From Candidatus Undinarchaeota archaeon (GTDB lineage Archaea > SpSt-1190 > JASMDC01), in contig CAZFHY010000012.1 of the NCBI GenBank assembly GCA_964519305.1, positions 1,003 to 65,002 on the forward strand: a stretch of 64,000 nucleotides of DNA. The letters run 5' to 3'. Below are positions 19,533 to 27,907 of the stretch, in pieces; position 1 is the stretch's first letter, and every line of letters begins with the position of its first letter. A program made the translations under genes and the position numbers. A model generated the notes under the pieces. The model was given only the letters and a program-made list of their open reading frames with translations. It made no database searches and was not told where the DNA came from.

Positions 19533-20281
19533 TGGCGGACGACCTTCGTGACCACCTTATCAAAGAGTTCACCGCGCTCAAGGACCTCGAGCGCCAGGCC
19601 CACGACTACTACACCGACCACCTCGACCTGATCAAGGACAAGAAGCTCAGAGAGGTCGTGTCCAATATCGCCGATGTAGAGCTGCAGCACGAGTCCATCG
19701 CCGGCGAGCTCATCAAGCTGGCCGAGTCGCTCCCCTCGGGCGAGGCCAAGGTGGAGATCGAGGGCGCGGGCGAGGCCATGTCCGCCCTTGAGGAGGCCAC
19801 CGAGGACCTTGACAGCCCGATGACGCTCCTCGTCCACACGAGCCTCGAGGACTATCCCCGGACCTGTCAGGCCCTCATCACTTATTTCAAGAAGCAGGGC
19901 AGGCCCATCCGCTACGTGTCGGTGAACAAACCTGCGTCCAAACTCAAGCGCATCCTCAAGAAGCGCGGGGCCAAGGTCGACGACGTATCGTTCATAGACC
20001 CGGCCACATCTGGTGGAATCATGCTGGACCCCAAGAACCTCACCACGCTGTCCGTGCTCTTCACACGCAACTCCGAGAAGGACATGGTGGTCATCGTCGA
20101 CTCGCTCTCGGTGCTGTCGGTGTACCACTCCAAGGACATCCTCCAGCGGTTCGTCCACTCCACGACCATGGGCTCGAAAAGGAAGGGCGTCGACCTAGTG
20201 TACATAACCATGGACGCGGAATCGGACATCGGTAGCGATCCGAGCTTCGAGGCGTTCTTCGACGAGGTCGCGAAGGTCTAA
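19532..20281 (+). CDS. two-domain protein, partner B of cassette 2 (helical E..H domain + degenerate KaiC/RecA-like domain)
   Basis: Paralogue of 17839..18579, with the same architecture: LERQAHDYYTDHLDLIKDKKLREVVSNIADVELQHE; ...IRYVSVNKP...VVIVDSLSVLSVYH...DLVYITMDAES. Confidence 0.55.
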   Translation: MADDLRDHLIKEFTALKDLERQAHDYYTDHLDLIKDKKLREVVSNIADVELQHESIAGELIKLAESLPSGEAKVEIEGAGEAMSALEEATEDLDSPMTLLVHTSLEDYPRTCQALITYFKKQGRPIRYVSVNKPASKLKRILKKRGAKVDDVSFIDPATSGGIMLDPKNLTTLSVLFTRNSEKDMVVIVDSLSVLSVYHSKDILQRFVHSTTMGSKRKGVDLVYITMDAESDIGSDPSFEAFFDEVAKV

Positions 20282-21630
20282 CCGCCGAGCGCCTTCAGGT
20301 TCCCGCTGGCCGCCTCGTTCTTGGGATCGATGGCGATAGCCTTCTGGAAGCACTCACGGGCTTGACCGGTGTCACCTGACACCTGGTAGGCGGCCCCGAG
20401 ATTGTTCCAGATCATGGATGCGTTCGGATCGGCCTCCAACGCCTTCTTGTAGCACTCGATCTCCTTGGCATGGTCGCCCGCATCGCCCCAGGCCGCGCCG
20501 AGGTTGTTCCAGGCGGCAGCGTACCCGGGATCGAGATCTATTGCCTTGCGATAGCACTCCATGGCCTTGGGGGCGACACCCGAGAGGGCGTACACCGAGC
20601 CGAGGTTGTTCCAGGCCGGCGGGAAGTTGTGAGCGATCTCGATGGTCCGCTCGAAGCACTTCTGCGCCTTCGCGAGGTCCATGCGGTCCTTGTACAGCAC
20701 CCCGAGGTTGTTCCAGGCCAGGGCGTCCCGGGGGTCCATGGCCAAGGCCCTCTGGAAGCAGTGCTCCGCCTTGGCGGCGATTCCCGCCCGCTCGTAGGCG
20801 GTCCCGAGCACGGTCCAAGCCTGTGGAAGGCCGGCATTGACGGTCAGTGCCTGAGAGGCGCACTCGATAGCGGCCATATGGTTGCCCTCGAGGTTGAGGA
20901 GCACGTCGGCCAGCATCACCGCAGCTTCGGCGAGCCGGGGATCCCGCTCCAGCGCCCGCGTGTAGAGAGACCGTGCACCGGGCAGGTCGCCCGCGAGGTA
21001 CCGCACGTTCCCCAGCCTGAGCAGGGCAGGTGGTTTGAGGTTGAGCGTGTCGAGCATCTTCTCTGCCGCCTTGATCGTCCGCCGGTCCTCGGGAGAGAAC
21101 TCCACCCGGTCCACGGTCGATACCAGGACAGGTACACGCAGCCGCATGATCGAACTCTCCATGGAGCGCGACTGCGACTCCTCCACGGCCAGCCCGTCGA
21201 GCTTCACGCTGGTCCCGCTGATGAGCAGCTGTGCCTCGTCGTCAGATACGTCGCTCAGAGCCCGTATAGCCTCCTTGTATAGGACGCCCACCTTCATCCG
21301 CAGGTCCTCCTCCAGCCGGGAGCTGAGGTACTCGTGACGGTTCCGCAGATGGTTGGTGAGCCCCACTCGCGACTGCGGGGACAACAGGAGGTCCTTCTTT
21401 GCCCGTGATATTGCGGCGCCGGCGACAGCCTCCGCCGCGTGCGGGTCCAGGCCTGCGGACACCATCTCGTTGATGAGCGCGGTCCGGTGTCCTTGGGCAA
21501 GGTCGGTGAGGAGCATCTTCTCGCAAAGGTTGGTGATGACACGGACCGTGATGGCCGGTGGTTTGTACTCCAGTACCGACAGGGTACCCGCGCACAGAGC
21601 AAGGTTGATCGTGAATACTCCGAGGTCCAT
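20278..21630 (-). CDS. TPR-repeat protein with an N-terminal TM segment
   Basis: C-terminal array of at least 8 TPRs (AWNNLGAAYQVSGDTGQARECFQKAIAIDP, etc.). The first 143 codons of the listed ORF are antisense to the aminopeptidase gene, so the start was set at the internal ATG (21630) preceding the TM segment LGVFTINLALCAGTLSVL. Confidence 0.65.
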   Translation of the reverse strand: MDLGVFTINLALCAGTLSVLEYKPPAITVRVITNLCEKMLLTDLAQGHRTALINEMVSAGLDPHAAEAVAGAAISRAKKDLLLSPQSRVGLTNHLRNRHEYLSSRLEEDLRMKVGVLYKEAIRALSDVSDDEAQLLISGTSVKLDGLAVEESQSRSMESSIMRLRVPVLVSTVDRVEFSPEDRRTIKAAEKMLDTLNLKPPALLRLGNVRYLAGDLPGARSLYTRALERDPRLAEAAVMLADVLLNLEGNHMAAIECASQALTVNAGLPQAWTVLGTAYERAGIAAKAEHCFQRALAMDPRDALAWNNLGVLYKDRMDLAKAQKCFERTIEIAHNFPPAWNNLGSVYALSGVAPKAMECYRKAIDLDPGYAAAWNNLGAAWGDAGDHAKEIECYKKALEADPNASMIWNNLGAAYQVSGDTGQARECFQKAIAIDPKNEAASGNLKALGG

Positions 21631-21688
21631 GAGGCTTACGGGAACGCGCCCATCAAACCTTATAAAGCCTCCACGGTCCTCGACAGGC
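21631..21688. promoter_or_regulatory. short divergent intergenic promoter region between the TPR gene and the M29 aminopeptidase
   Basis: 58-bp gap containing ccttataaagcc (TATA-like) about 25 nt upstream of the aminopeptidase ATG. Confidence 0.4.
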
Positions 21689-22753
21689 ATGGGGACTGAT
21701 GAGGACGGGAGCGACATCCTCGACGCCGTACGTGCCCTGCTGGACGTGAACCTGGGCGTTCGCGATGGGGAATCCGTGCTCGTTGTCACCGACGAGCTCG
21801 TCCCGGGAGAGGACGCTGGCCGGCCGGCAGAGCTCGTCAGGGACATCGCCACACGCAGGGAACTGGCGCAGGAAGTGGCGCGGTGCGTCAAGGTCGTGCT
21901 CGGACCCCATCGGGTATCGTTCCTCGCATACCCGGCCCCGCGGTCCCACGGTGCCGAGCCGCCCGCGGAAGCGGTCCGTGCCATGGCAGCAGCTGATGTG
22001 GTCATCGCCATCACGACATTCTCCATCACACACACGCGCGGACGCGAGAAGGCGTGCACTGCAGGCTCCCGGGTGGCATCGATGCCACGGTTCGAGCGCG
22101 GTATTTTCGAGCCCGGAGGTGCGATGTCCGCCGACTACCGTGAGGTACGTGAGCGTAGCGAGCGTCTTGTCAAGGCCCTGGAAGGCGCGAAGGAGGTGCG
22201 CATCACAGCACCGGACGGCACCGATCTGGTCATGGGTGTCGAGGGCAGGGAGTTCCTCCTGGACACGGGCACCATCACGTCCCCGGGCGACATGGGCAAC
22301 CTCCCCGGCGGCGAGGTGTTCTGCGCACCCGTGGAGGGCACTACCAGCGGCCGGCTCGTCATCCCGATCGGTTGGCACGAGGGACTGGAAGGACCGCTCA
22401 CGCTGGTCATCGCTGACGGTCTCGTCCAAGAGGTCGACGGGAGCGGCAGAGCAGTGGACGAGATCCGTGCGCTCCTGGGCGTCGGCTCCGTCTGCCTCGA
22501 TCCCGCACAGGCCGCCTCCCGACGCAACATCGCCGAGCTGGGCATAGGTACCAATCCGAACGCCCACCGCCCCGACAACGTGCTCGAGTCCGAAAAGATA
22601 CTGGGCACGGTGCATGTTGCCTTCGGCGACAACTCGCACTTCGGCGGTTCCGTTGAGTCGGACGTACACCAGGACCTTGTGGTCCCCGGACCTTCCATCG
22701 AAGTGGACGGTCGCATCATCATGGAGCAGGGCAGGCTCCTTCTCGAGGAGTGA
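21689..22753 (+). CDS. M29-family aminopeptidase (AmpS/PepS-like thermophilic metalloaminopeptidase)
   Basis: Typical M29 blocks: GESVLVVTDE, ITAPDGTDL, GNLPGGEVFCAP, ELGIGTNP, GTVHVAFGDN. Start at the internal ATG, with a TATA-like ccttataaagcc about 25 nt upstream. Confidence 0.8.
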   Translation: MGTDEDGSDILDAVRALLDVNLGVRDGESVLVVTDELVPGEDAGRPAELVRDIATRRELAQEVARCVKVVLGPHRVSFLAYPAPRSHGAEPPAEAVRAMAAADVVIAITTFSITHTRGREKACTAGSRVASMPRFERGIFEPGGAMSADYREVRERSERLVKALEGAKEVRITAPDGTDLVMGVEGREFLLDTGTITSPGDMGNLPGGEVFCAPVEGTTSGRLVIPIGWHEGLEGPLTLVIADGLVQEVDGSGRAVDEIRALLGVGSVCLDPAQAASRRNIAELGIGTNPNAHRPDNVLESEKILGTVHVAFGDNSHFGGSVESDVHQDLVVPGPSIEVDGRIIMEQGRLLLEE

Positions 22754-22777
22754 GCACAGCTGGTATCCGACACCGAC

Positions 22778-23743
22778 ATGTGCACACCCCGCAACATGCT
22801 CGTGGACCGGGCAGGTCGTGCGTTCGCGGTGGTCGGGCAGTTCCACCTCGAGGACGCATCTGTCGCTTCACTGCGGTACGTCCCTCGTGGCGATCGCCTC
22901 GTGAAGGCGGGCCCTGTCGACATCGCCAGGCTCCACGAACACGAGCCCGGGTACCGTCTGCAGGCGGGTGACACAGTCCATACCATCGTCCCGCACGACC
23001 GCGTGACACGGACGTTCGACCAGTTCGCCGGTGTCGTTGACCTGGACGAGGAGGAGCGGTCTGTCATCGATACGCTAGCAAGGAAGGCAGGGGTGCGCGT
23101 GGGCGTCACCGGCTCCTCCCTCCTGGGGACAGCGCGGCCAGGTTCGGACCTCGACCTCACCACGCCGATACGTGACCATCCCCGACTGCTAGCGGCCGCC
23201 AGGTCCCTTGCAGAGGAAGGGGACGTGCTCGGGCCTCTTACCGATACAGACTGGCAGGCCGTGTACGACAAACGCGGTATCGATGCAACCCACTACACGT
23301 TCGAGCTCTTCCTCGCCCATGAGCGACGGAAGGGCGATCGATGGATGGCCGGACGCCGACGTACCGACCTCCTGCCGACACCTCGCCCCCGGACGGTCGG
23401 TCCCGATGACCTGGCCGTGTACCGGCTTGGCCCTGCCAGGGTCTCTGGTAGGGTGGCCGACGGTTCGGTACCCTACGGCCATCCCGCTATCTACCTGCTT
23501 GAGGACGGTCTGGCGGAACTCAGTGACGGACGCGAGTCCACGGTGGAGGCCATCGTCTGCTTCACGCACACCTACGCCGCCCAAGCATTCCCGGGGGAGC
23601 ACGTAAGCGCTGCTGGGATCCTGGAGCGGTACGGTACGACGGTCGCTGGTTTCGACGGGCCCGTGCTTATCGTGGGTACCGCACGTGATGCGAAAGGTGA
23701 GTGGCTCGTCTCCCGGGAGCTCGCGGGTCGCGTTGTTCAATAA
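22778..23743 (+). CDS. Pol-beta-superfamily nucleotidyltransferase-domain protein, function unknown
   Basis: Minimal NTase motif VGVTGSSLLGTARPGSDLDL (GS-x10-DxD) about 110 aa from the N-terminus. The rest shows no clear similarity. Confidence 0.45.
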   Translation: MCTPRNMLVDRAGRAFAVVGQFHLEDASVASLRYVPRGDRLVKAGPVDIARLHEHEPGYRLQAGDTVHTIVPHDRVTRTFDQFAGVVDLDEEERSVIDTLARKAGVRVGVTGSSLLGTARPGSDLDLTTPIRDHPRLLAAARSLAEEGDVLGPLTDTDWQAVYDKRGIDATHYTFELFLAHERRKGDRWMAGRRRTDLLPTPRPRTVGPDDLAVYRLGPARVSGRVADGSVPYGHPAIYLLEDGLAELSDGRESTVEAIVCFTHTYAAQAFPGEHVSAAGILERYGTTVAGFDGPVLIVGTARDAKGEWLVSRELAGRVVQ

Positions 23744-23862
23744 ACGAACAACGCACATGTAGTAACTGACCCCCTTCCCTCCCTTCTTCTCTTTTTACGG
23801 TCAGCAGGCTCCCCTCTGCGCTCCGTGCACCTTTATAAGCGATGACAAACCTACTTTCGGAT

Positions 23863-24144
23863 ATGAATACGGACCCGGCCCTCCTCCTCAATCTCGGGCT
23901 CGGCGTGCTCGCTCTCATCATGAGCGCCAAGCTAGCCTTCCAGCTCAAACCCGACATCATCGGTACGGCCTGGAAGAGCTCGGTCATGGTGGCCGTGCTC
24001 TATGTCATCCTAAAGGGCGGCCAGGTCGTGGGTGATGCACCCACCGAGATAGTGGAGGTACTCATGGCACTGACTGTGTGCGCGTCACTGATATTCCATA
24101 ACAAGGTACTTGCGGGGGTGGGGTCCGATGGCGGGTCTGTCTGA
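23863..24144 (+). CDS. small membrane protein (2-3 TM)
   Basis: The start was set at the internal ATG because a ctttataagc TATA box sits about 24 nt upstream; the ATG at 23842 is only 3 nt from this TATA, too close to be the start. Hydrophobic helices LLLNLGLGVLALIMSAKLAF. Confidence 0.4.
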   Translation: MNTDPALLLNLGLGVLALIMSAKLAFQLKPDIIGTAWKSSVMVAVLYVILKGGQVVGDAPTEIVEVLMALTVCASLIFHNKVLAGVGSDGGSV

Positions 24145-24418
24145 ACCCTCCTACGCGCTCATGGTCCTCGCGGGCCTTGGTGCCGCCTCCATGCTCCTCA
24201 CCCACAAGGACGAGGAGATGGACAAGTCCCAGCGCTACTACTTCATCGCGCTCATCGCCCTGGCCGTCGCCTCGGGACTGCGCCTAGCCGGACCGTCCGT
24301 GCTCCCCTTCGTGGAGCCGTTCGAGGCGGTGTTCGCGCTGTTCCTGGGCGTGTCCATCTACGTACAGAAGACCAGCACAGCCGAGCCCGACGCGCCGGTG
24401 AGCAAGGAGGACGAGTAG
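24110..24418 (+). CDS. small membrane protein (2-3 TM)
   Basis: 102-aa ORF overlapping the previous gene by 35 nt; hydrophobic segments. Confidence 0.4.
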   Translation: MRGWGPMAGLSEPSYALMVLAGLGAASMLLTHKDEEMDKSQRYYFIALIALAVASGLRLAGPSVLPFVEPFEAVFALFLGVSIYVQKTSTAEPDAPVSKEDE

Positions 24419-24547
24419 AATGATCCCACATCCTGATACGCATCCGCCGGTCCATCCCGCGGACGAGGAACTCATCGAGACCTTCATCGATTACAGCGCC
24501 ACCTATGGTCCCCGGATCGGTGCAGGCGAACCGTCAGGAGGCGAGCG

Positions 24548-27500
24548 GTGGGACCGCTCCAAGGAGCATGCCATCGCCGACCTGTGGAGCGACGAGGGCG
24601 TCAACGACTTCCGGCCGACCATCATCTGACCGGACCGCAAGGACCTAACGTTCTACCCCGCCAGCAGCTGCCAGCACCTCTCGGTGGGCTCGAGCAGCTT
24701 GGCCGTACCGTGCTCGACCTCGACCACATAGCCCAGCCTGATGAGCTCGCGGATACGCTTGCGGGCGGTGGGCTTGCTAACGCACAGGTCGATCCCGACG
24801 AGGAGTACGACCTCACCGATGAGGATAAATGGATCCTCGAGCGGCTCGACGACATCGTCGACATCTGCCGGGCGAGGTTCCACGACTTCGATCTCAGTGG
24901 GCCCGCGTCCACCATCCACACGTTTGTGTGGAACGACCTGGTCGATACCTACTTGGAGAGCGAGCTGGGCCGCGCGTCCAACGAGTCGAAGACCTTCTCC
25001 GAAAGTGAGGCTCGGGGTGCCCGGTACACGTTCCACAAGGTCCTGAAGACCATTCTCAAGCTCCTCGCTCCAATGACACCGTACATAACCGACTACATCT
25101 GGCGGGAGTTGTACAGTGAAAAGAGCATCCACATCCAGCCCCTGCCCTGGAGGACCGAGGTCCCCGAGTGGGAACTGCCGGAGGTCACGCCCATTTACGA
25201 TGTGGTCACTCCGGTCGTGCCCAAGAGGGTGGAACCGCCCAAACCGGTCATCAAGCAAGCTCCACCACCCGTGGTCACCGCCGCGCCCGGCGGACGATAC
25301 TGGGTGTTCAAGCTCCCCGTAGTATGGGGCAAGGAGCTCACCCTCGAGGACTACCTCAAGGCGATCCGCAAAGGCAAGTGGTTCGGACAGACCAAGCGAG
25401 ACGTCCAGGGCGACCGCTGCCCCAAGGTGGGCGACGTGGTCATCATTCGACAGAACGTCGAACAAGCTGGCTCCGAGAAGGACGGACATATGCACGTCCT
25501 CGGCACCGGTCTCGTCGACCGAGTCATCGAGGAGCGGCCCGGCGACTGGGACACCAATGACGACAAGGACGCTGTACGCTGGTTCAGCGTCGAGGACTTC
25601 AGGGAGATACCCGATGGTAGAGCGATCTCACAGGTAGACCTGCCAATGGTCCCCCGTATACTCGAACCCATCACGGCAGAGACTTGGGCCGGTATCAGAA
25701 CTCAGATCATTGCAGGACCGGCACCGGAGCGCTACTGGGTCTTCAAACTACCCGTCGTGTGGGGCAAGGAGCTCACCCTCGAGGACTACCTCAAGGCGAT
25801 CCGCAACGGCAGGTGGTTCGGACAGACAGCTCGCGACGTCCAGGGTGACCGCACGCCCCGTGTGGGCGAGGGCATCATCATCCGAGAGAACGTACAGCAG
25901 GCCGGGTCAGAGAAGGACGGACACATGCACGTCATCGGTACCGGTGTCGTCGGTCGTGTGATAGAGAAGCGTCCGAAAGACTGGAACACCAACGACGACA
26001 AGGACGCTGTACGCTGGTTCAGCGTGAACGAGTTCAAGGAGATCGAGGGTGGACGCAGTGTCTCACAGGTGGACCTGCCAATGGTCCCCCGTATCCTGGA
26101 GCCTCTGACGTTCGACGCGTTCGCTGGTATCAAGGCTCAGGTCGCAGCAGCACCACCCCCGGAGAAGTACTGGGTGTTCAAGCTACCCATAGTGTGGGGC
26201 AAGGAGTTCACGCTCGAGGACGATCTAAAGGCCCTGCGCAAGGGCAAGTGGTTCGGACAGACAGCGCGAGATATCCAGGGCGACCGCGTACCGCGCAAAG
26301 GTGAAGGCATCATCATCCGGGAGAACGTACAGCAGGCCGGGTCAGAGAAGGACGGACACATGCACGTCATCGGCACCGGCATAGTCGGACGTATCACCGA
26401 GGAGCGGCCCGACAACTGGGACACGAACGACGACAAGGATGCTGTACGCTGGTTCAGCGTGGACAAGTTCAAGGAGATCGAGGGCGGACGCAGTGTCTCA
26501 CAGGTGGACCTGCCAATGGTCCCCCGGATCCTGGAGCCTCTCACGTTCGACGCGTTCGCAGGCATCAAGGCACAAGTAGCCGCTGCACCGCCACCGGAGA
26601 AGTACTGGGTGTTCAAGCTCCCGATCGTGTGGGGCAAGGAGTTCACGCTCGAGGACGATCTAAAGGCCCTGCGCAAGGGCAAGTGGTTCGGACAGACAGC
26701 GCGGGACATACAGGGCGACCGTAATCCCTGTGTGGGCGAAGGCATCATCATCCGCGAGAACGTACAGCAGGCCGGGTCAGAGAAGGACGGCCACATGCAC
26801 GTCATCGGCACCGGCATAGTCGGACGTATCACTGATAAGCGGCCCGACAACTGGGACACGAACGACGACAAGGACGCTGTACGCTGGTTCAGCGTGAAGG
26901 AGTTCAAGGAGATCGAAGGTGGCAGGAGCGTGTCACAGGTCGACTTCCCCATGGTCCCCCGGATCCTGGAGCCGCTCACATTCGACGCTTTCGAAGGCAT
27001 CAAGGCGCAGGTCGCTGCAAAACCGCCGCCGGAGAAGTACTGGGTGTTCAAGCTCCCGATCGTGTGGGGTAAGGAGTTCACCCTCGAGGACAACCTCAAG
27101 GCCCTGCGCAAGGGCAAGTGGTTCGGACAGACAGCTCGCGACCTGCAGGGCGACCGCAATCCCTGTGTGGGCGAAGGCATCATCATCCGGGAGAACGTAC
27201 AGCAGGCCGGATCCGAGAAGGATGGCCATATGCACGTCATCGGGACCGGTATCGTCGGCCGTATCACCGAGGAGCGGCCCGACAACTGGGACACGAACGA
27301 CGACAAGGACGCTGTGCGCTGGTTCAGCGTGAAGGAGTTCAAGGAGATCGAAGGTGGCAGGAGCGTGTCACAGGTCGACTTCCCCATGGTGCCCCGGATC
27401 CTGGAGCCTCTCACGTTCGACGCGTTCGCAGGTATCAAGGCACAAGTAGCCGCAGCACCACCACCCCCGCCACCACTGGACTTCGAGCGGTACTGGCTGT

Positions 27501-27901
27501 TCCGACTGCCATCCGTGTGGGGTAAGGAGGTGCACCTAGACCAGTTCATCGATACTCTAGAGGATGGTGGATGGTTCGGTATGACCGCACGTGACCTCCA
27601 GGGAGGAAGGGTGCCTAAGAAGGGTGACGCGGTCGTCATCAGGACTAACTGTGATCTCTATGGTGAGGTCCCTGACGGCCACATGCACATCATCGGTACC
27701 GGTGTCATCCGCAATACATCCGACAAACCGCCCGACGACTGGGACGGTGATTATGGATTCACCGAACCCGTGCACTGGTTCAGCGTGAGCAAGTTCGACA
27801 AGATCCCTAAGGGTAGAATGGTCACGCAGGTCGACGTTCCCCGCATCCCGAGATTGCTAGAGCCTATCTCGGAGAAGGACTACAAGAAGCTCCTGTCGTG
27901 A
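24548..27901 (+). CDS. multidomain protein: class-Ia aminoacyl-tRNA-synthetase anticodon-binding-like domain + six tandem EVE/PUA-like modules
   Basis: Residues ~95-190 (DKWILERLDDIVDICRARFHDFDLSGPASTIHTFVWNDLVDTYLE...ILKLLAPMTPYITDYIWRELY) match the Anticodon_1 domain of Val/Ile/Leu-tRNA synthetases. This is followed by 6 repeats of about 147 aa, each reading YWVFKLP..WGKE...W.G.T.RD.QGDR...GD..IIR.N..Q....DGHMHV.GTG.V.R......DW.......AVRWFSV..F.EI......SQVD.P..PRILEP......W. That pattern parallels EVE-domain landmarks (YWLMK...W...GD..FFYHS...GIVG..EV...WY.VDV.F). GTG start; the N-terminal roughly 70 aa are Arg/Pro-rich and may not be translated. Confidence 0.7.
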   Translation: MGPLQGACHRRPVERRGRQRLPADHHLTGPQGPNVLPRQQLPAPLGGLEQLGRTVLDLDHIAQPDELADTLAGGGLANAQVDPDEEYDLTDEDKWILERLDDIVDICRARFHDFDLSGPASTIHTFVWNDLVDTYLESELGRASNESKTFSESEARGARYTFHKVLKTILKLLAPMTPYITDYIWRELYSEKSIHIQPLPWRTEVPEWELPEVTPIYDVVTPVVPKRVEPPKPVIKQAPPPVVTAAPGGRYWVFKLPVVWGKELTLEDYLKAIRKGKWFGQTKRDVQGDRCPKVGDVVIIRQNVEQAGSEKDGHMHVLGTGLVDRVIEERPGDWDTNDDKDAVRWFSVEDFREIPDGRAISQVDLPMVPRILEPITAETWAGIRTQIIAGPAPERYWVFKLPVVWGKELTLEDYLKAIRNGRWFGQTARDVQGDRTPRVGEGIIIRENVQQAGSEKDGHMHVIGTGVVGRVIEKRPKDWNTNDDKDAVRWFSVNEFKEIEGGRSVSQVDLPMVPRILEPLTFDAFAGIKAQVAAAPPPEKYWVFKLPIVWGKEFTLEDDLKALRKGKWFGQTARDIQGDRVPRKGEGIIIRENVQQAGSEKDGHMHVIGTGIVGRITEERPDNWDTNDDKDAVRWFSVDKFKEIEGGRSVSQVDLPMVPRILEPLTFDAFAGIKAQVAAAPPPEKYWVFKLPIVWGKEFTLEDDLKALRKGKWFGQTARDIQGDRNPCVGEGIIIRENVQQAGSEKDGHMHVIGTGIVGRITDKRPDNWDTNDDKDAVRWFSVKEFKEIEGGRSVSQVDFPMVPRILEPLTFDAFEGIKAQVAAKPPPEKYWVFKLPIVWGKEFTLEDNLKALRKGKWFGQTARDLQGDRNPCVGEGIIIRENVQQAGSEKDGHMHVIGTGIVGRITEERPDNWDTNDDKDAVRWFSVKEFKEIEGGRSVSQVDFPMVPRILEPLTFDAFAGIKAQVAAAPPPPPPLDFERYWLFRLPSVWGKEVHLDQFIDTLEDGGWFGMTARDLQGGRVPKKGDAVVIRTNCDLYGEVPDGHMHIIGTGVIRNTSDKPPDDWDGDYGFTEPVHWFSVSKFDKIPKGRMVTQVDVPRIPRLLEPISEKDYKKLLS
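25290..27480. repeat. intragenic tandem DNA repeats (period about 441 bp, 5 near-complete copies plus a divergent 6th extending to 27900)
   Basis: Nucleotide-level repeats visible directly (e.g. gtacgctggttcagcgtg...caggtggacctgccaatggtcccccg recur about every 441 nt). Copies 3-5 are nearly identical, while copies 1 and 6 are diverged. Confidence 0.85.
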
Positions 27902-27907
27902 ACCGGC

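Noticed and set aside
21653-22846. 397-aa minus-strand ORF
   Set aside because: It is antisense to the M29 aminopeptidase, which has strong family motifs on the plus strand.
22135-23271. 378-aa minus-strand ORF
   Set aside because: It is antisense to the aminopeptidase and NTase genes, with low-complexity Ser/Arg/Thr composition.
24420-24629. 69-aa ORF upstream of and overlapping the multi-EVE gene start
   Set aside because: It is in a different frame with low-complexity composition (HPPVHPADEE...) and no independent signals; it is probably spurious.
26137-27639. 500-aa minus-strand ORF spanning the repeat region
   Set aside because: It is antisense to the multi-EVE gene, and its periodic structure merely mirrors the coding repeats. 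Composition is Ser/Arg/Pro-rich.
25290-27900. Possible CRISPR array suggested by regularly repeated sequence
   Set aside because: The repeat period is about 441 bp with no short repeat/spacer structure. The repeats are in-frame coding units of one long ORF.
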